A DNA stretch of 62,740 nucleotides, taken from IMG/VR virus record IMGVR_UViG_3300021365_002389, positions 62,001 through 124,740 of that record. One strand, written 5' to 3'. A program made the translations under genes and the position numbers. Below the pieces are notes generated by a model. It did not search any database. It saw nothing but the letters and a program-made list of their open reading frames with translations, and had not been told where the DNA came from. Below, piece after piece: positions 36,725 through 46,220 of the stretch (positions are counted from its first letter, which is position 1; each line of letters begins with the position of its first letter). Origin of the DNA: an uncultured virus (IMG/VR IMGVR_UViG_3300021365_002389). Taxonomy: Duplodnaviria; Heunggongvirae; Uroviricota; Caudoviricetes.

Positions 36725-36926
36725 GATTTTTCCCCGTTTCTGGGTAAGGACAATGCCTACAGCCGGACTGGCAACAGTGTCCACGTTTTTTTAAATAATA
36801 TTCCGTCATCACATATCTGCCAGATTCTGGATCGATATAGCCGTCTTCTTCTTCAAGACACGCCTTGAGGTGGATATCTTTTATAATCTCTAGTAGGTTA
36901 TTCACTCTTGGACTTTGCGGCCGCAA
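36717..36926 (-). CDS. DUF5522-like Cys-rich protein
   Basis: YIDP.SG..VMT..YL.KRGHCCQSGCRHCPY. Confidence 0.75.
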   Translation of the reverse strand: MRPQSPRVNNLLEIIKDIHLKACLEEEDGYIDPESGRYVMTEYYLKKRGHCCQSGCRHCPYPETGKNHD

Positions 36927-37009
36927 GCAGGAGGATGCCTTTGCTTTGGAACCATTGTCCCAGTGGCATCCCCCTGCCTTGCAAAATTCTAGCGAAGAAA
37001 AATAATAAT

Positions 37010-37468
37010 CTAGCTAGCTGTAGTCTCATCATCGTTGTCCACTGTGATAACATCTACATCAAAGGTAAGGTTCTTGCCTGCCATCGGGTGGTTCAGATCA
37101 ACCGTGACTGTGCTATCATCATACCCAATCACTCTAGACAGAAGCGTTTGATCGTTTGGTCCCTGCAAAGGAATTGTCTGACCCTCTGACAAATCAAAAC
37201 CATCAGGAAAAATATCCCGTGACAGTTCTGTCTTTGCATCAGGATCGACATCTCCGTAAGCCTCACCAGGTTCTAAGGTAAAGGTCTTGCTTTCGCCCTC
37301 CGTCATGCCAACAAGAGCGTCATTAAAGCCCTTGATCAAGTTTCCGGTTCCAACCTCTACCGACATTGGCTCCCCTCTGTCGTGAGAGCTATCAAACTGG
37401 GTTCCATCTTCAAAGGTCCCCTTATAGTGAAGGGTAACTTTACTCCCTCGTTCTACTGTGTTAGTCAT
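37010..37468 (-). CDS. FKBP-type peptidyl-prolyl isomerase, SlyD/SlpA-like without His tail
   Basis: VTLHYKG..EDG..FDSS, LIKGF, PGEAYG, VDLNHPMAGK.LTF; start MTNTV. Confidence 0.92.
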   Translation of the reverse strand: MTNTVERGSKVTLHYKGTFEDGTQFDSSHDRGEPMSVEVGTGNLIKGFNDALVGMTEGESKTFTLEPGEAYGDVDPDAKTELSRDIFPDGFDLSEGQTIPLQGPNDQTLLSRVIGYDDSTVTVDLNHPMAGKNLTFDVDVITVDNDDETTAS

Positions 37469-37979
37469 TTTTTTCTTCCTTTTCAAGGTAAAATTGTTCG
37501 CAGACATTAACGAACTTTCCAATTGAGTCCCAAATTTGATTATCTAGATGATCAAGCTCAAAGTCAGTCTCACTATCATTATAATATTTTCCGACCTCCT
37601 CCGAACTCATATCAAAAATACACTTGTTTTGGAGGGTTTCTCCGTCCATGACAGCCACACCTGTAACGCATGTTTCATCTTTCTGGATGGTCGCCATGGT
37701 GATCAGTTTATTTTGAAAATAATGCGTGCCGCTGCTAGCGCATTGTAGCCACATAGTGGGTGGTTCCCACTTTGTATCTAGAATAAGATGCATGGTCTTG
37801 TTATGATGGTTGTATTCGTATTCTTCTAGTTCCATCCAACCTAGCCCTCCCCAGTTGTCTAAGTCTGGGACAAGTTCGGTCAACAAGTCCGACGTGTTCG
37901 TGTCATAATCAAACTCAAAATCCTCAGCGGTTTCGGGTGAGACGTTGAATACTTTTACAAAGCTTTTTGTGCTATCCAT
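37461..37979 (-). CDS. Acidic hypothetical protein
   Basis: 172 aa ORF; TKWEPP motif. Confidence 0.65.
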   Translation of the reverse strand: MDSTKSFVKVFNVSPETAEDFEFDYDTNTSDLLTELVPDLDNWGGLGWMELEEYEYNHHNKTMHLILDTKWEPPTMWLQCASSGTHYFQNKLITMATIQKDETCVTGVAVMDGETLQNKCIFDMSSEEVGKYYNDSETDFELDHLDNQIWDSIGKFVNVCEQFYLEKEEKND

Positions 37980-37983
37980 TTTA

Positions 37984-38292
37984 CTATACCTCGTCTAGAC
38001 GAAAGCACCCATTGCTTTCATCATCTAAAGTGTGGACCACAGACTGATCATATTTATCTTTCTCATAAGGCCCGACCATTTGAAAAATAGTTTCTCCACG
38101 CTCACCAGTTTCTGTGTGGTGCATTTTATATTCTAATTGATCTAAAGCACTATCACGCTCATCTAAACTGCCGGCGTTATAAACCTGAAGCATTTCCAGT
38201 TCAAGTTCTGGGAACTTCTTCGAGTCTAGCACGAACGAAGGAAACTCACGCACAACTTCATACTTTTCAGCCCAGTGAAGCTTTAATTTCAT
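37984..38292 (-). CDS. Hypothetical protein
   Basis: 102 aa ORF in operon. Confidence 0.65.
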   Translation of the reverse strand: MKLKLHWAEKYEVVREFPSFVLDSKKFPELELEMLQVYNAGSLDERDSALDQLEYKMHHTETGERGETIFQMVGPYEKDKYDQSVVHTLDDESNGCFRLDEV

Positions 38293-39575
38293 TACTTGCT
38301 CCCCTTGTCCTTCGTTTCAAACGCCTTTTCGATTCCGTTTTTCTTGCTCCAAGCCAACACAGGTGTCTTCAAGTTTTCTACACCGGCTGCCTGTGGCAGA
38401 AAATAAATCTCATCAAAAGGGAAACCAGATTCATAAACCACAAGAACTCCAGCCAAACCATTGACACGATTCTTCTTCAGCCCAGCCATGTCACCAGAGT
38501 TTGGAGACTTTACAGAAAGAAAAAGAACATTCTTTTTTCGCTTCTTGATTTTGTTTAGCACAAAATCCTTGATCGATGTACTTTGATTTTTCAAAGTCCT
38601 GACAAAACCACCCATGATCTTATCTCTCATCGGTCCATCGCTACAATCGAAAGAAAGATAATTAGCGTTTTTAATCTTGCCTGCGCAGTGCTTTTCAATA
38701 AAGGTATGGGTGTGAAACGGTGCTTTCAGATCCTGCTCGTTCTTACCACCATTCCATTCAAAAAAGTTTGGCTTGGTCGAGGTAGCTGCGTTAGCTGCTG
38801 CTGCGACAGCAGCTTGGTTGTCCTGCTTCTTAAGCAACTTTTCAATAGCGTTAACCATCTTCTCGATGCTCTCGTCAGTGGCAGTGGTCAGGTTACTTTC
38901 CTTAACCCATGTGATCGCCCTTTCTTTACTGGCATTGATCCACTTGGTGTTCCAGTTACTCAAAATAGTTTCACGAACTTTCTTGAGCTTCATTCCTTGC
39001 TGTTCAGCTACAGGATTACAGTCAACCTGAAAAACATCTTTCGTAAGCCCCTGCTTGACGAACCAATCTTTAGGGAACAGAACCGCCTTAGGTAAGATAT
39101 CAATATCGAGCACCAAAAGTGCATAGAATCTATGATTGCCATCGACGATTTGATATCGGCCGTTGCCAGTCTCCTCTAGGAACACTGGGGTTTTCTGGGC
39201 ATCTTCAAATGACATGCCATTCTTAATCCGATGAGCGAGACTGCGAGAGATTGACCTCACATTCTTATCATACTTCAGTTGATCACGAACTTGGTTGCCA
39301 GAAGCGCCACTAGGGTCGTCAATAAGATCCATTGGGATCTTGTTAATCGACATATAATGATCGATTCCATGTTGCCTGATATCCTCACAGGCGTCTGAGA
39401 TGTTTGCGTTCTCATCGAAAACAAACTTTCCCTTTTCATGTTTTGGGGCTTGGCGAGTAATTACATCGCCATAGTTTTTTCTGAGGTGCTGCTTCAGGGT
39501 CATCCTGTTGTTAGCTTCCTCGTTTGTGAGCGGGATAGCTTTAAAACTATCTCGATCTACTTGATCTTTCCTCAT
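38292..39575 (-). CDS. ParB/Srx-like N-terminal domain protein
   Basis: PVFL...YQIVDGNHRFYAL. Confidence 0.65.
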   Translation of the reverse strand: MRKDQVDRDSFKAIPLTNEEANNRMTLKQHLRKNYGDVITRQAPKHEKGKFVFDENANISDACEDIRQHGIDHYMSINKIPMDLIDDPSGASGNQVRDQLKYDKNVRSISRSLAHRIKNGMSFEDAQKTPVFLEETGNGRYQIVDGNHRFYALLVLDIDILPKAVLFPKDWFVKQGLTKDVFQVDCNPVAEQQGMKLKKVRETILSNWNTKWINASKERAITWVKESNLTTATDESIEKMVNAIEKLLKKQDNQAAVAAAANAATSTKPNFFEWNGGKNEQDLKAPFHTHTFIEKHCAGKIKNANYLSFDCSDGPMRDKIMGGFVRTLKNQSTSIKDFVLNKIKKRKKNVLFLSVKSPNSGDMAGLKKNRVNGLAGVLVVYESGFPFDEIYFLPQAAGVENLKTPVLAWSKKNGIEKAFETKDKGSK

Positions 39576-39835
39576 GAGACTTCTCCTTCTCTAATGACTA
39601 GTTCTACGTCTGTAGAATCTGTATTTGTTTCTAACCAAACCCTCGCTCCACAACTTAATGGCTTGTGAGGGCTATAAATAACTCTAGCTAACTCTACACC
39701 TTCTTTCGTCTTCAGTATAGCCTCGTGGGCATAATTGTTTTCTTTATAAGTCTTCACCGTGAGAACTGGCTCATCTGTCCCGTTCTTCGTGTTCCGCTTA
39801 ATGACATGTTGATTAACGTGGATTATCTTTTTCAC
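39572..39835 (-). CDS. Conserved-type phage hypothetical protein
   Basis: IHVNQHVIKRN...PVLTVK...KPLSCGARVW. Confidence 0.75.
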   Translation of the reverse strand: MKKIIHVNQHVIKRNTKNGTDEPVLTVKTYKENNYAHEAILKTKEGVELARVIYSPHKPLSCGARVWLETNTDSTDVELVIREGEVS

Positions 39836-40063
39836 TTTTACTTCTTTTTCGCTAGGTTCGCCGAAAACACCTCCAGGTCTCCAATTCGGCGCTGAACTTC
39901 GGTCACATTTCGATTAACGTTTGCAAGTTCAGTCCCGAGTTCTCGTACTTGTTTTGAGAGGCTTTCCACCAGTCTCATTGCATCTGACAGTTCCATTTTT
40001 TGTTCTCCTTAGTAAATGGTAATATAACAATAGCACATTCTGATAAGTTGTTAAGGCCTTATT

Positions 40064-40966
40064 TTAGTAATCCCTCCACTGGCTGACCTGATTGACAAGC
40101 TCGTCAATCTCAGGCTGAAAGTCTTGGTCTTCAATGCGCTGACCTTTTTCAACCTGATGCCCGTAGGAGTAGACGCCGCCAGCCTCGGGACTGAGGAGCG
40201 TCACATTGTCGCCCATCCAGCCCTTGTCTTCATTGAGATTGCCACCGGCAACACCGCTGACTAGTCCCCAGCTTTGGTCCTCACCCTCGTAGTAGCCGTA
40301 GCAGGTTTGCTGCTGGATGTTTTGCGGGATACGCATCAAGCCTTCATCACCGTTAGGTTCACGCACCCGAATCATGGGACCCTTGAACCAGCGGTCAGCG
40401 TTGCGAGGCAAACCTTGGGGAGTATCGTAGCCAGGCTCCGCAACTCGGTCCCATTCAATGCCGACGACCATGCACATCACTTGAACCTGGTCGTTGGCCT
40501 TCCAACTCCACTGTTGTTTGCGCATCAAAGCGCCGGGCACGATGCCAGCCTTCTTGAGGCAGGCAGCCACAACTCGGTGAGCCAAGCCTCGCATCGCATC
40601 ACAATCTTTGCGATGTTGCTTCTTAGCTGGGCAGGTGCGAGCGTTGTGTCCACGCTCACCGCAGAAGCCACACTGGCGACCACGAGCATTCTTACGAGCC
40701 TGAGCCATCTTGCGCTCTTCAACTTCTTCCCACATCCAGCGTTCACGCCAGGAGACCTCATCCTCATCGGCGTCTTGAATCTTAGCAGCCTCGTTGATCC
40801 TGCTGATCCAAGAGGTGGAAGCATAAGCAAGCTCATCTTCCAGGCGGTAAACACCATACTTCTCAGCAAGTCTTTCAACTCTGGCGTGGGCTTCTTTGAT
40901 TTGTGGGCAACCACGACGGTTGTGTCCGAATTGACCGCAGTGCTGACATTGGTTAGAACGACTCAT
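40064..40966 (-). CDS. Protein with two CCHC zinc knuckles
   Basis: CQHCGQFGHNRRGC and CGFCGERGHNARTC; start MSRSNQ. Confidence 0.8.
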   Translation of the reverse strand: MSRSNQCQHCGQFGHNRRGCPQIKEAHARVERLAEKYGVYRLEDELAYASTSWISRINEAAKIQDADEDEVSWRERWMWEEVEERKMAQARKNARGRQCGFCGERGHNARTCPAKKQHRKDCDAMRGLAHRVVAACLKKAGIVPGALMRKQQWSWKANDQVQVMCMVVGIEWDRVAEPGYDTPQGLPRNADRWFKGPMIRVREPNGDEGLMRIPQNIQQQTCYGYYEGEDQSWGLVSGVAGGNLNEDKGWMGDNVTLLSPEAGGVYSYGHQVEKGQRIEDQDFQPEIDELVNQVSQWRDY

Positions 40967-41022
40967 ATCTCTCTCCCTTACAAACACATAATATCATGGA
41001 TATGGGATCGGTCAAGTTTTTT
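40967..41022 (-). promoter_or_regulatory. Early-type promoter + RBS (copy 6)
   Basis: AAAAAAC-TTGACC-16-TATTAT, extended TG, RBS AAGGGAGAGAGA. Confidence 0.8.
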
Positions 41023-41467
41023 ATTCACGTTCAGGGAATAATTGTGCAAATTCTTTATTAAATTTTTCTATGTCCCAAGTGTTGTCTCCGAGCTTTCTTA
41101 CATCCGCAACCCAGAGATATGTATCTGGCATACCAAGAGCCCAGTCGTTCGGAGACAAAAGGGAAAGCTGATAGGATTGTTTATTAACATTTTGATAAAG
41201 ATAATATACTTGGCCAGCGATAGGTTTGAATCTGTAGCGGGAGTTCTCTATCATCTCTGTGATCTTAACACGGCGCTGCAACTCTTTGAACTGTCTGTTG
41301 ATGACCTCTGCCTGGGCAAAGAGGCGATCGTACTCTTGTTTAACGTAATGACTGACAGCATTAGCCTGCTGTGCCCGATAAAGTGTCATGTTGTCAGGCT
41401 TTATAACGGGTGATAAAGTCTGTAGTGGATATGTTGTGCTCCGCAGAGCCTTGGTGTCATCACTCAT
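41021..41467 (-). CDS. DUF2452-like protein
   Basis: FKPIAGQVYYLY...LSLLSPNDW...DNTW. Confidence 0.7.
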   Translation of the reverse strand: MSDDTKALRSTTYPLQTLSPVIKPDNMTLYRAQQANAVSHYVKQEYDRLFAQAEVINRQFKELQRRVKITEMIENSRYRFKPIAGQVYYLYQNVNKQSYQLSLLSPNDWALGMPDTYLWVADVRKLGDNTWDIEKFNKEFAQLFPERE

Positions 41468-41774
41468 AATTAACTTTTTTTGGATCTATTTTAGCCAACT
41501 CTTCCTCTGAAACTTCTTCCTCAATCAAATCATAGATTGACTTCTGGTCTTCTTTCTTGCTGTGTCGCTTACCGGATAAGATGTGGTGAACCATCGACGG
41601 AGAAACCTTATAAATATAGTGGGTCTCTCTCGCAAACCACTTTGCTATCTCTCGGACTGACTGTTTTCCTTTTTGAGACCTTATCATCTTAACATGGCGC
41701 TCAGTAAGTTTATATGTTTTCTTTTTAGCCCGGCGGCGATCCTTGCGAACTGGTGGCTTTTTTTCGTCGCTCAT
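41460..41774 (-). CDS. HTH DNA-binding protein
   Basis: KLTERHVKMIR...SVREIAK...VSPSMVHHILSGK. Confidence 0.6.
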   Translation of the reverse strand: MSDEKKPPVRKDRRRAKKKTYKLTERHVKMIRSQKGKQSVREIAKWFARETHYIYKVSPSMVHHILSGKRHSKKEDQKSIYDLIEEEVSEEELAKIDPKKVNYE

Positions 41775-41781
41775 GCTTGTG

Positions 41782-42444
41782 TTACCTCAAGTTAACTTTT
41801 CCGTTTGTATACTTAAGTAATTCTATTTTTCGTATTCCGAAAGAAAATCTATGACCACTAGTGTGTATACAATGCCACAAGGGGCTGTGATAATTACCTG
41901 CGACAAAATGATTTAAACACCATCCTGCTGGCTCCCGTACTGTTTCCATCTGCTCAGTGTTTGGATCTATGTATCGAAAAAATGACTTATCTGCCTCAGT
42001 ATTATATACAAAATACCACCGGTCTCCTGGGAAATCGTGATTGGTGTGCCAGCCCATGTAGCCGTCATACCCTTCATGACTTCTGTAGCAGGTTGGGTGA
42101 TTAGATAAGCCAAGATAATCACAGTCAACTTCTTTACCCAATATATTAATTGCTTCATCGAGTGAATCAGAAACACAGTCATGATTAGGATAGGAGTATG
42201 TGATTGAGTCGTTACGGTGGGTGGTTCTTTTGCCGGCGGCCTTTAATGACTCGTAAGTATCATAGTCACACCTAGCGAGTGCGTTACTTTCCTGGCACAT
42301 TGTTTGTTCCCATTTGAAATTCGGAACACCCTGGACCTCTTCATTCATTACTGGAGCAATGAGTTTTTCATAAATGTTGATCAGCGGCTTATCATATTTT
42401 TCCAAATCATTTATTTGGTTAAATATATTTTCTTCTTTGTTCAA
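41782..42444 (-). CDS. 2OG-Fe(II) oxygenase/cupin-like protein
   Basis: GYMGWHTN...WHCI...RFSFG. Confidence 0.6.
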   Translation of the reverse strand: MNKEENIFNQINDLEKYDKPLINIYEKLIAPVMNEEVQGVPNFKWEQTMCQESNALARCDYDTYESLKAAGKRTTHRNDSITYSYPNHDCVSDSLDEAINILGKEVDCDYLGLSNHPTCYRSHEGYDGYMGWHTNHDFPGDRWYFVYNTEADKSFFRYIDPNTEQMETVREPAGWCLNHFVAGNYHSPLWHCIHTSGHRFSFGIRKIELLKYTNGKVNLR

Positions 42445-42462
42445 AATTGCTCCTTAAAATAC

Positions 42463-42484
42463 AAAAGGCACCCTTGCGGGTGCC
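42463..42484 (-). terminator. Intrinsic terminator
   Basis: GGCACCC-GCAA-GGGTGCC-TTTT. Confidence 0.85.
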
Positions 42485-42524
42485 CAGTGTATCATACAAC
42501 ATAGTTGCCTGTTAAGCTCAGCTA

Positions 42525-43178
42525 TTAAGCTGTGCTTCCAGCAAATGTGGCATTCATCGCTCCGTTGCCCAAGCACACGCCCTGGAAAAGAACTCTCCAG
42601 AATCCAGCATCTTCGCAGAAGAATGACAACTCCGAACCGACATTGGTTTGGTTGTTGGTGGCAGTCGTTGACATTGTAATTCTGTTATGTGCTGCTGTCA
42701 GCGTGCTGATTTTACCCACGCTTTGAGTCGTGGTGAAATCAGTTCCGATGATACGGGGACCGACAGCGCCAGCGTCTGAATTAAGAGTTAGGAAGTTCAG
42801 CGTTTGTGCTGCGAAGAAGTCGCCAGACGTAGTGGTAAAGGTAGCATTATTGCCGCCGTCATACTGAGCCGTAAACTTAAAGACAACAACGGTGCCGACG
42901 GTTGCTTCTGGCAAAACGTAAGCGTTGGTTGCATCACCGAGCGCAGCGCACTCGTGAAGTGTGTTGGCTGCTGCTGTGAATCCCGAATCGCAGTTAGCAT
43001 CTGTCTTGGTGAGCAAAGACAGACCAGAATGATCTCCCATGCACCAACGCAGATAGCCACTGGCTACTTTTTGGTTAAGATTAACGGTACCGTTGTGATT
43101 AACGGTGCCGTCAAGGTCAAGACCGGAACCTGCAACTTGAAACAAACCTCTTGATTGGCTATACTTTACTTTTGGCAT
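42525..43178 (-). CDS. Beta-rich protein, possible virion decoration protein
   Basis: Start MPKVKY behind GGAGG; T/A/G-rich; LPEATVG..V.F motif; own terminator. Confidence 0.55.
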   Translation of the reverse strand: MPKVKYSQSRGLFQVAGSGLDLDGTVNHNGTVNLNQKVASGYLRWCMGDHSGLSLLTKTDANCDSGFTAAANTLHECAALGDATNAYVLPEATVGTVVVFKFTAQYDGGNNATFTTTSGDFFAAQTLNFLTLNSDAGAVGPRIIGTDFTTTQSVGKISTLTAAHNRITMSTTATNNQTNVGSELSFFCEDAGFWRVLFQGVCLGNGAMNATFAGSTA

Positions 43179-43280
43179 AATTAAATCCTCCTTTGTCCAC
43201 ATGCCACCGGCTCACTGGTGGGGTCAGTTTATGCTAACGAGCCGGGCCTACTATACATAGGCGAGAGGATTGTGAAAACA

Positions 43281-43484
43281 TTAACTTTTATTCTGTTTTC
43301 TCTCTTGCTCAAAACCTTCTTTAAGAATTTGTGCAACAGACTTGCCAGTTGGCATACGAACAAGTGCAGATCCGCAGAGTGGACAGTTGTGGCTGCCCTC
43401 CTCAAATCGGAACCGGAACCCACACTCTCTTAACAAGCCATTGTTAACAGCACCCACTGAGCAACAATGATAATTAGCTTTCAT
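43281..43484 (-). CDS. Small zinc-ribbon-like protein
   Basis: YHCC...EC...CPLCGS. Confidence 0.5.
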   Translation of the reverse strand: MKANYHCCSVGAVNNGLLRECGFRFRFEEGSHNCPLCGSALVRMPTGKSVAQILKEGFEQERKQNKS

Positions 43485-43839
43485 TACTTAACTCCTCTTG
43501 TATAGTATCAAGGTAATCTTGTCCATTCTTTACAACATGAAAATACTTCTCACCAACTATGCCTTTCACCCTCATAACTCTTCCGTCAATCATGACCTCG
43601 TAGGCAGTTGTTTGATCAATTTTATTTTGGATTACTTTTGTAATTAGCCCAAAGTCACCGTCCAAGTCCCGATACTTTTTATTATCGGCACTGTATTTGG
43701 TGTTGCCGACCTGGACCATCATGCGCTCCTTGAGGTACTCATCGATTAAACTTTTGTGCTGTGGTTGTGGCACCTTGGGTAGGCAGATAGTCCAACCATT
43801 GTGATTGGAGATCTTAACAAGATCACCGACTTTAATCAT
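43474..43839 (-). CDS. GDLV-type SH3/KOW-like protein
   Basis: MIKVGDLVKI...FGLI...YEVMI. Confidence 0.65.
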   Translation of the reverse strand: MIKVGDLVKISNHNGWTICLPKVPQPQHKSLIDEYLKERMMVQVGNTKYSADNKKYRDLDGDFGLITKVIQNKIDQTTAYEVMIDGRVMRVKGIVGEKYFHVVKNGQDYLDTIQEELSNES

Positions 43840-44128
43840 CGTCGTCCTCATCAAGGTTGGTCAAGTATTCTCCAATGACATTTGCAAAATTATAAAGCTG
43901 CGTGCCCATCTCGGCTGCAAGTGCGGCAGTATCATTCAACACATCTGGATCCAGAGCGTCCTTCACAGCACGATCATACCCTGCGTCAATCATTTGCTCC
44001 ACCATCTGCCGCTTCTGTTGTTCCAACTCATAGAAACCTCTTGGCAACTCCAGGGCATCCTTAACGGTATCGGACAGGTCGTCCTCATAAATTTGTTGGT
44101 AATTAATAAGTTCTTTTGTTTTTGTCAT
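43832..44128 (-). CDS. Acidic hypothetical protein
   Basis: 98 aa ORF with AAGGAG RBS. Confidence 0.7.
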   Translation of the reverse strand: MTKTKELINYQQIYEDDLSDTVKDALELPRGFYELEQQKRQMVEQMIDAGYDRAVKDALDPDVLNDTAALAAEMGTQLYNFANVIGEYLTNLDEDDDD

Positions 44129-44177
44129 AGCTAGTGACTCCTTTCATAGATAAGTATAATTCAAATTATTTTTTTGT

Positions 44178-44402
44178 TTATAGGTGCGGCTCAATTTCTG
44201 CATAATTAACCCACCAAGCATTACTGATGCCAGTAAACTGAACCTGGCAATGATGATTATAGTTTTCTCTCGGGCCCGATAACACGATCCCAACCGTGCC
44301 GGCTTGTAACCGCATATGTGGATCCATCGAATATATTTCTTTTCTGGTTTTTACTAAACTTCCCGGAGCGTAAAGAAACGTTTCTGTGGTTTTAGTCGGC
44401 AT
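44178..44402 (-). CDS. SH3-like mini-protein
   Basis: YAPGSLVK...GTVGIVL...QVQF. Confidence 0.6.
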   Translation of the reverse strand: MPTKTTETFLYAPGSLVKTRKEIYSMDPHMRLQAGTVGIVLSGPRENYNHHCQVQFTGISNAWWVNYAEIEPHL

Positions 44403-44867
44403 AATTTTTTAACACTTCATAAAGCCTCTGCGGTGTTAAGTCATTATAGTGGTAAAGGTTGTCCACCGCACCAGCCAATCGCAACGCATATGCAATCCAT
44501 TCAGAACAATACCAACGCCCTGTCCGCTTGATAAAGAATGGTGTGAACTTGGACAGTATCATACCGGGCCAGTCATAGCCATCTCCCTTAGTGTCTTCAT
44601 AAAACCTTTGAATGGTTTCCAGTTGTTCGTCAGATACCGGCACACAGATCATGTCATAATCCTGCTCAGGTTCGTCGAACTTTTTTCTGCGGATACCATT
44701 TGTTCCGAAGGGTGTTATGCTTATGCAAGTATTGTCTGGCATGATCAGTTCTGCGTGCGAATATTTACTTTGAGTTGTCCATCTAACTATGCGGTTGTGC
44801 CACTCACCCTCTCCCTTGTAGAAGGCTACACAAAGTTGGTGTGGTTTGGCTGCTTCAGTTACCCCAT
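44392..44867 (-). CDS. Permuted papain-like (NlpC/P60, YaeF/YiiX-type) enzyme with anomalous start
   Basis: In-frame extension upstream of 44742 reads AFYKG...RWTTQSKYSHAEL (catalytic His); downstream YDW, WYCSEW, LTP. Confidence 0.7.
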
Positions 44868-44877
44868 AGTATAATAA

Positions 44878-45117
44878 CTATTCAGCAGTATCTAAAACTT
44901 CCAGAATTCTGTTTAAAGAAGTTTGATCCGGTGTGGACTTTTGCAAGTTATGGATCTTCACGGCTGCTCGAAATGAACGAGGGTCCAACTTACTCTTCAT
45001 CTCTGTAAAGAGTTCCGAACGATCTTGTCGAAGGATTGTCATCTCGTTCTCGATGGTCGTGAGCTTACTCACAAATTCCTTGACGGTGGTTTTAAATTCA
45101 TTGTTGATTGTGGTCAT
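44878..45117 (-). CDS. GapR/DsbA-like small DNA-binding protein
   Basis: FVSKL..IENE...LRQD..EL..E.K..LD.R.FR..VK pattern. Confidence 0.5.
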   Translation of the reverse strand: MTTINNEFKTTVKEFVSKLTTIENEMTILRQDRSELFTEMKSKLDPRSFRAAVKIHNLQKSTPDQTSLNRILEVLDTAE

Positions 45118-45216
45118 TTTTGATTGCCTTTCTTTGTTTTTCTGCGCTTAGTTGTAAAAAAATTTGGCGAAGGCTGCGCCTACCTTTGCCTGCTGAAATA
45201 TATCTATGACGTGCCC

Positions 45217-45453
45217 TCATTTTCCGAAGACCTCAATGGCTAGATCCTCGGACGCTTGGTCCAACTCGGTGCGAGCCTTTTCTAATACTTTGCCCAACAA
45301 GTGGAGTGTGACCTCTGCCTTGCATCCGGGTTGGACCTCGTGCGCCAACTCCTCCGCTGCCGTGATCCACCCCATCGTATCTTCGAGGCGGCCGCTCGCT
45401 TCCGTGAACGAGGTGAATGTTTTGTCCAATAGTCTTCCGGGTCGTGTAGCCAT
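45217..45453 (-). CDS. Hypothetical helical protein
   Basis: 78 aa; GGAGG RBS; consensus promoter upstream. Confidence 0.65.
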   Translation of the reverse strand: MATRPGRLLDKTFTSFTEASGRLEDTMGWITAAEELAHEVQPGCKAEVTLHLLGKVLEKARTELDQASEDLAIEVFGK

Positions 45454-45624
45454 TTAAGCCTCCATTTTTCTTAATGAATTATAATGCACAAGTTCTTCTT
45501 TGTCAAATAAAACTTTAAAGAATCCACTCTTGCCTATCTCAACAATTAACCCCAGCCTCTCAGGAGCATCACCAGCCATGAGCGGGAGAGCTTCCTGCAC
45601 GAGATCTCCAACTTTCCACTTCAT
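45454..45624 (-). CDS. GDLV-type SH3/KOW-like mini-protein (not in ORF track)
   Basis: MKWKVGDLVQE...LGLIVEI...FKVLF...*, 56 aa. Confidence 0.6.
   Translation of the reverse strand: MKWKVGDLVQEALPLMAGDAPERLGLIVEIGKSGFFKVLFDKEELVHYNSLRKMEA
45478..45506 (-). promoter_or_regulatory. Perfect sigma70 consensus promoter inside the upstream ORF
   Basis: TTGACA-17-TATAAT. Confidence 0.7.
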
Positions 45625-45833
45625 CACATTTCTCCGAACGCAAAAAATGCGATCATGAAACCAGCTAGAAAGAAGAGAGGGTGTAACATGATATGCAGTT
45701 TCATTCGCTCATGATAGTAAGACATTGCAAACATAAATTTAGCGGCAAGTTCAGCAGCAGATTCGCTAATCTCACCTTCGGAAAATTTAGTTTTCCACTC
45801 ATCAATATTATATTCTTTATCTTCTTCTTTCAT
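45624..45833 (-). CDS. Small membrane protein
   Basis: Start MKEEDK; C-terminal TM segment. Confidence 0.55.
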   Translation of the reverse strand: MKEEDKEYNIDEWKTKFSEGEISESAAELAAKFMFAMSYYHERMKLHIMLHPLFFLAGFMIAFFAFGEM

Positions 45834-46201
45834 AGTTCCCTCAACCACTTTGGATCTTTTACCTTGGCTGCACCTTTTTTGATCTTGAGAAGCTTGGCGA
45901 CAGGAGGAATATTCATCCACTCTAAATCGTAAGATGCTTCAAAATCTCCGAGTTGTGTTGGGATGCAACCCATTTTAATCAGTTTTTTATTCAAATATGT
46001 AAATTGACGTTGAGTTTCCCTGGTGACATACACGCCAATAGTTCCGTTTCTAAAGTTGCAAAAGAATTGATCTTCCTTAAACTTTCCAATGGCTCTGGCA
46101 ACCGGAAGTCCATCGCCGGCTTCTCGGAGGCGCAAGCGATTATTCTTACAGAATGTCTTAAACGTTTCTATTTGTTTTTCAAAAAGTTGCTCTTCACTCA
46201 T
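45830..46201 (-). CDS. Hypothetical protein
   Basis: Start MSEEQL behind AAAGGA; TQLGDFE motif. Confidence 0.65.
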   Translation of the reverse strand: MSEEQLFEKQIETFKTFCKNNRLRLREAGDGLPVARAIGKFKEDQFFCNFRNGTIGVYVTRETQRQFTYLNKKLIKMGCIPTQLGDFEASYDLEWMNIPPVAKLLKIKKGAAKVKDPKWLREL

Positions 46202-46220
46202 CTTTTTTCCTTTCGATGAT

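Noticed and set aside
43079..43111. Imperfect 18-bp tandem repeat
   Set aside because: A short in-frame duplication (GTVN x2) with no sign of separate function.
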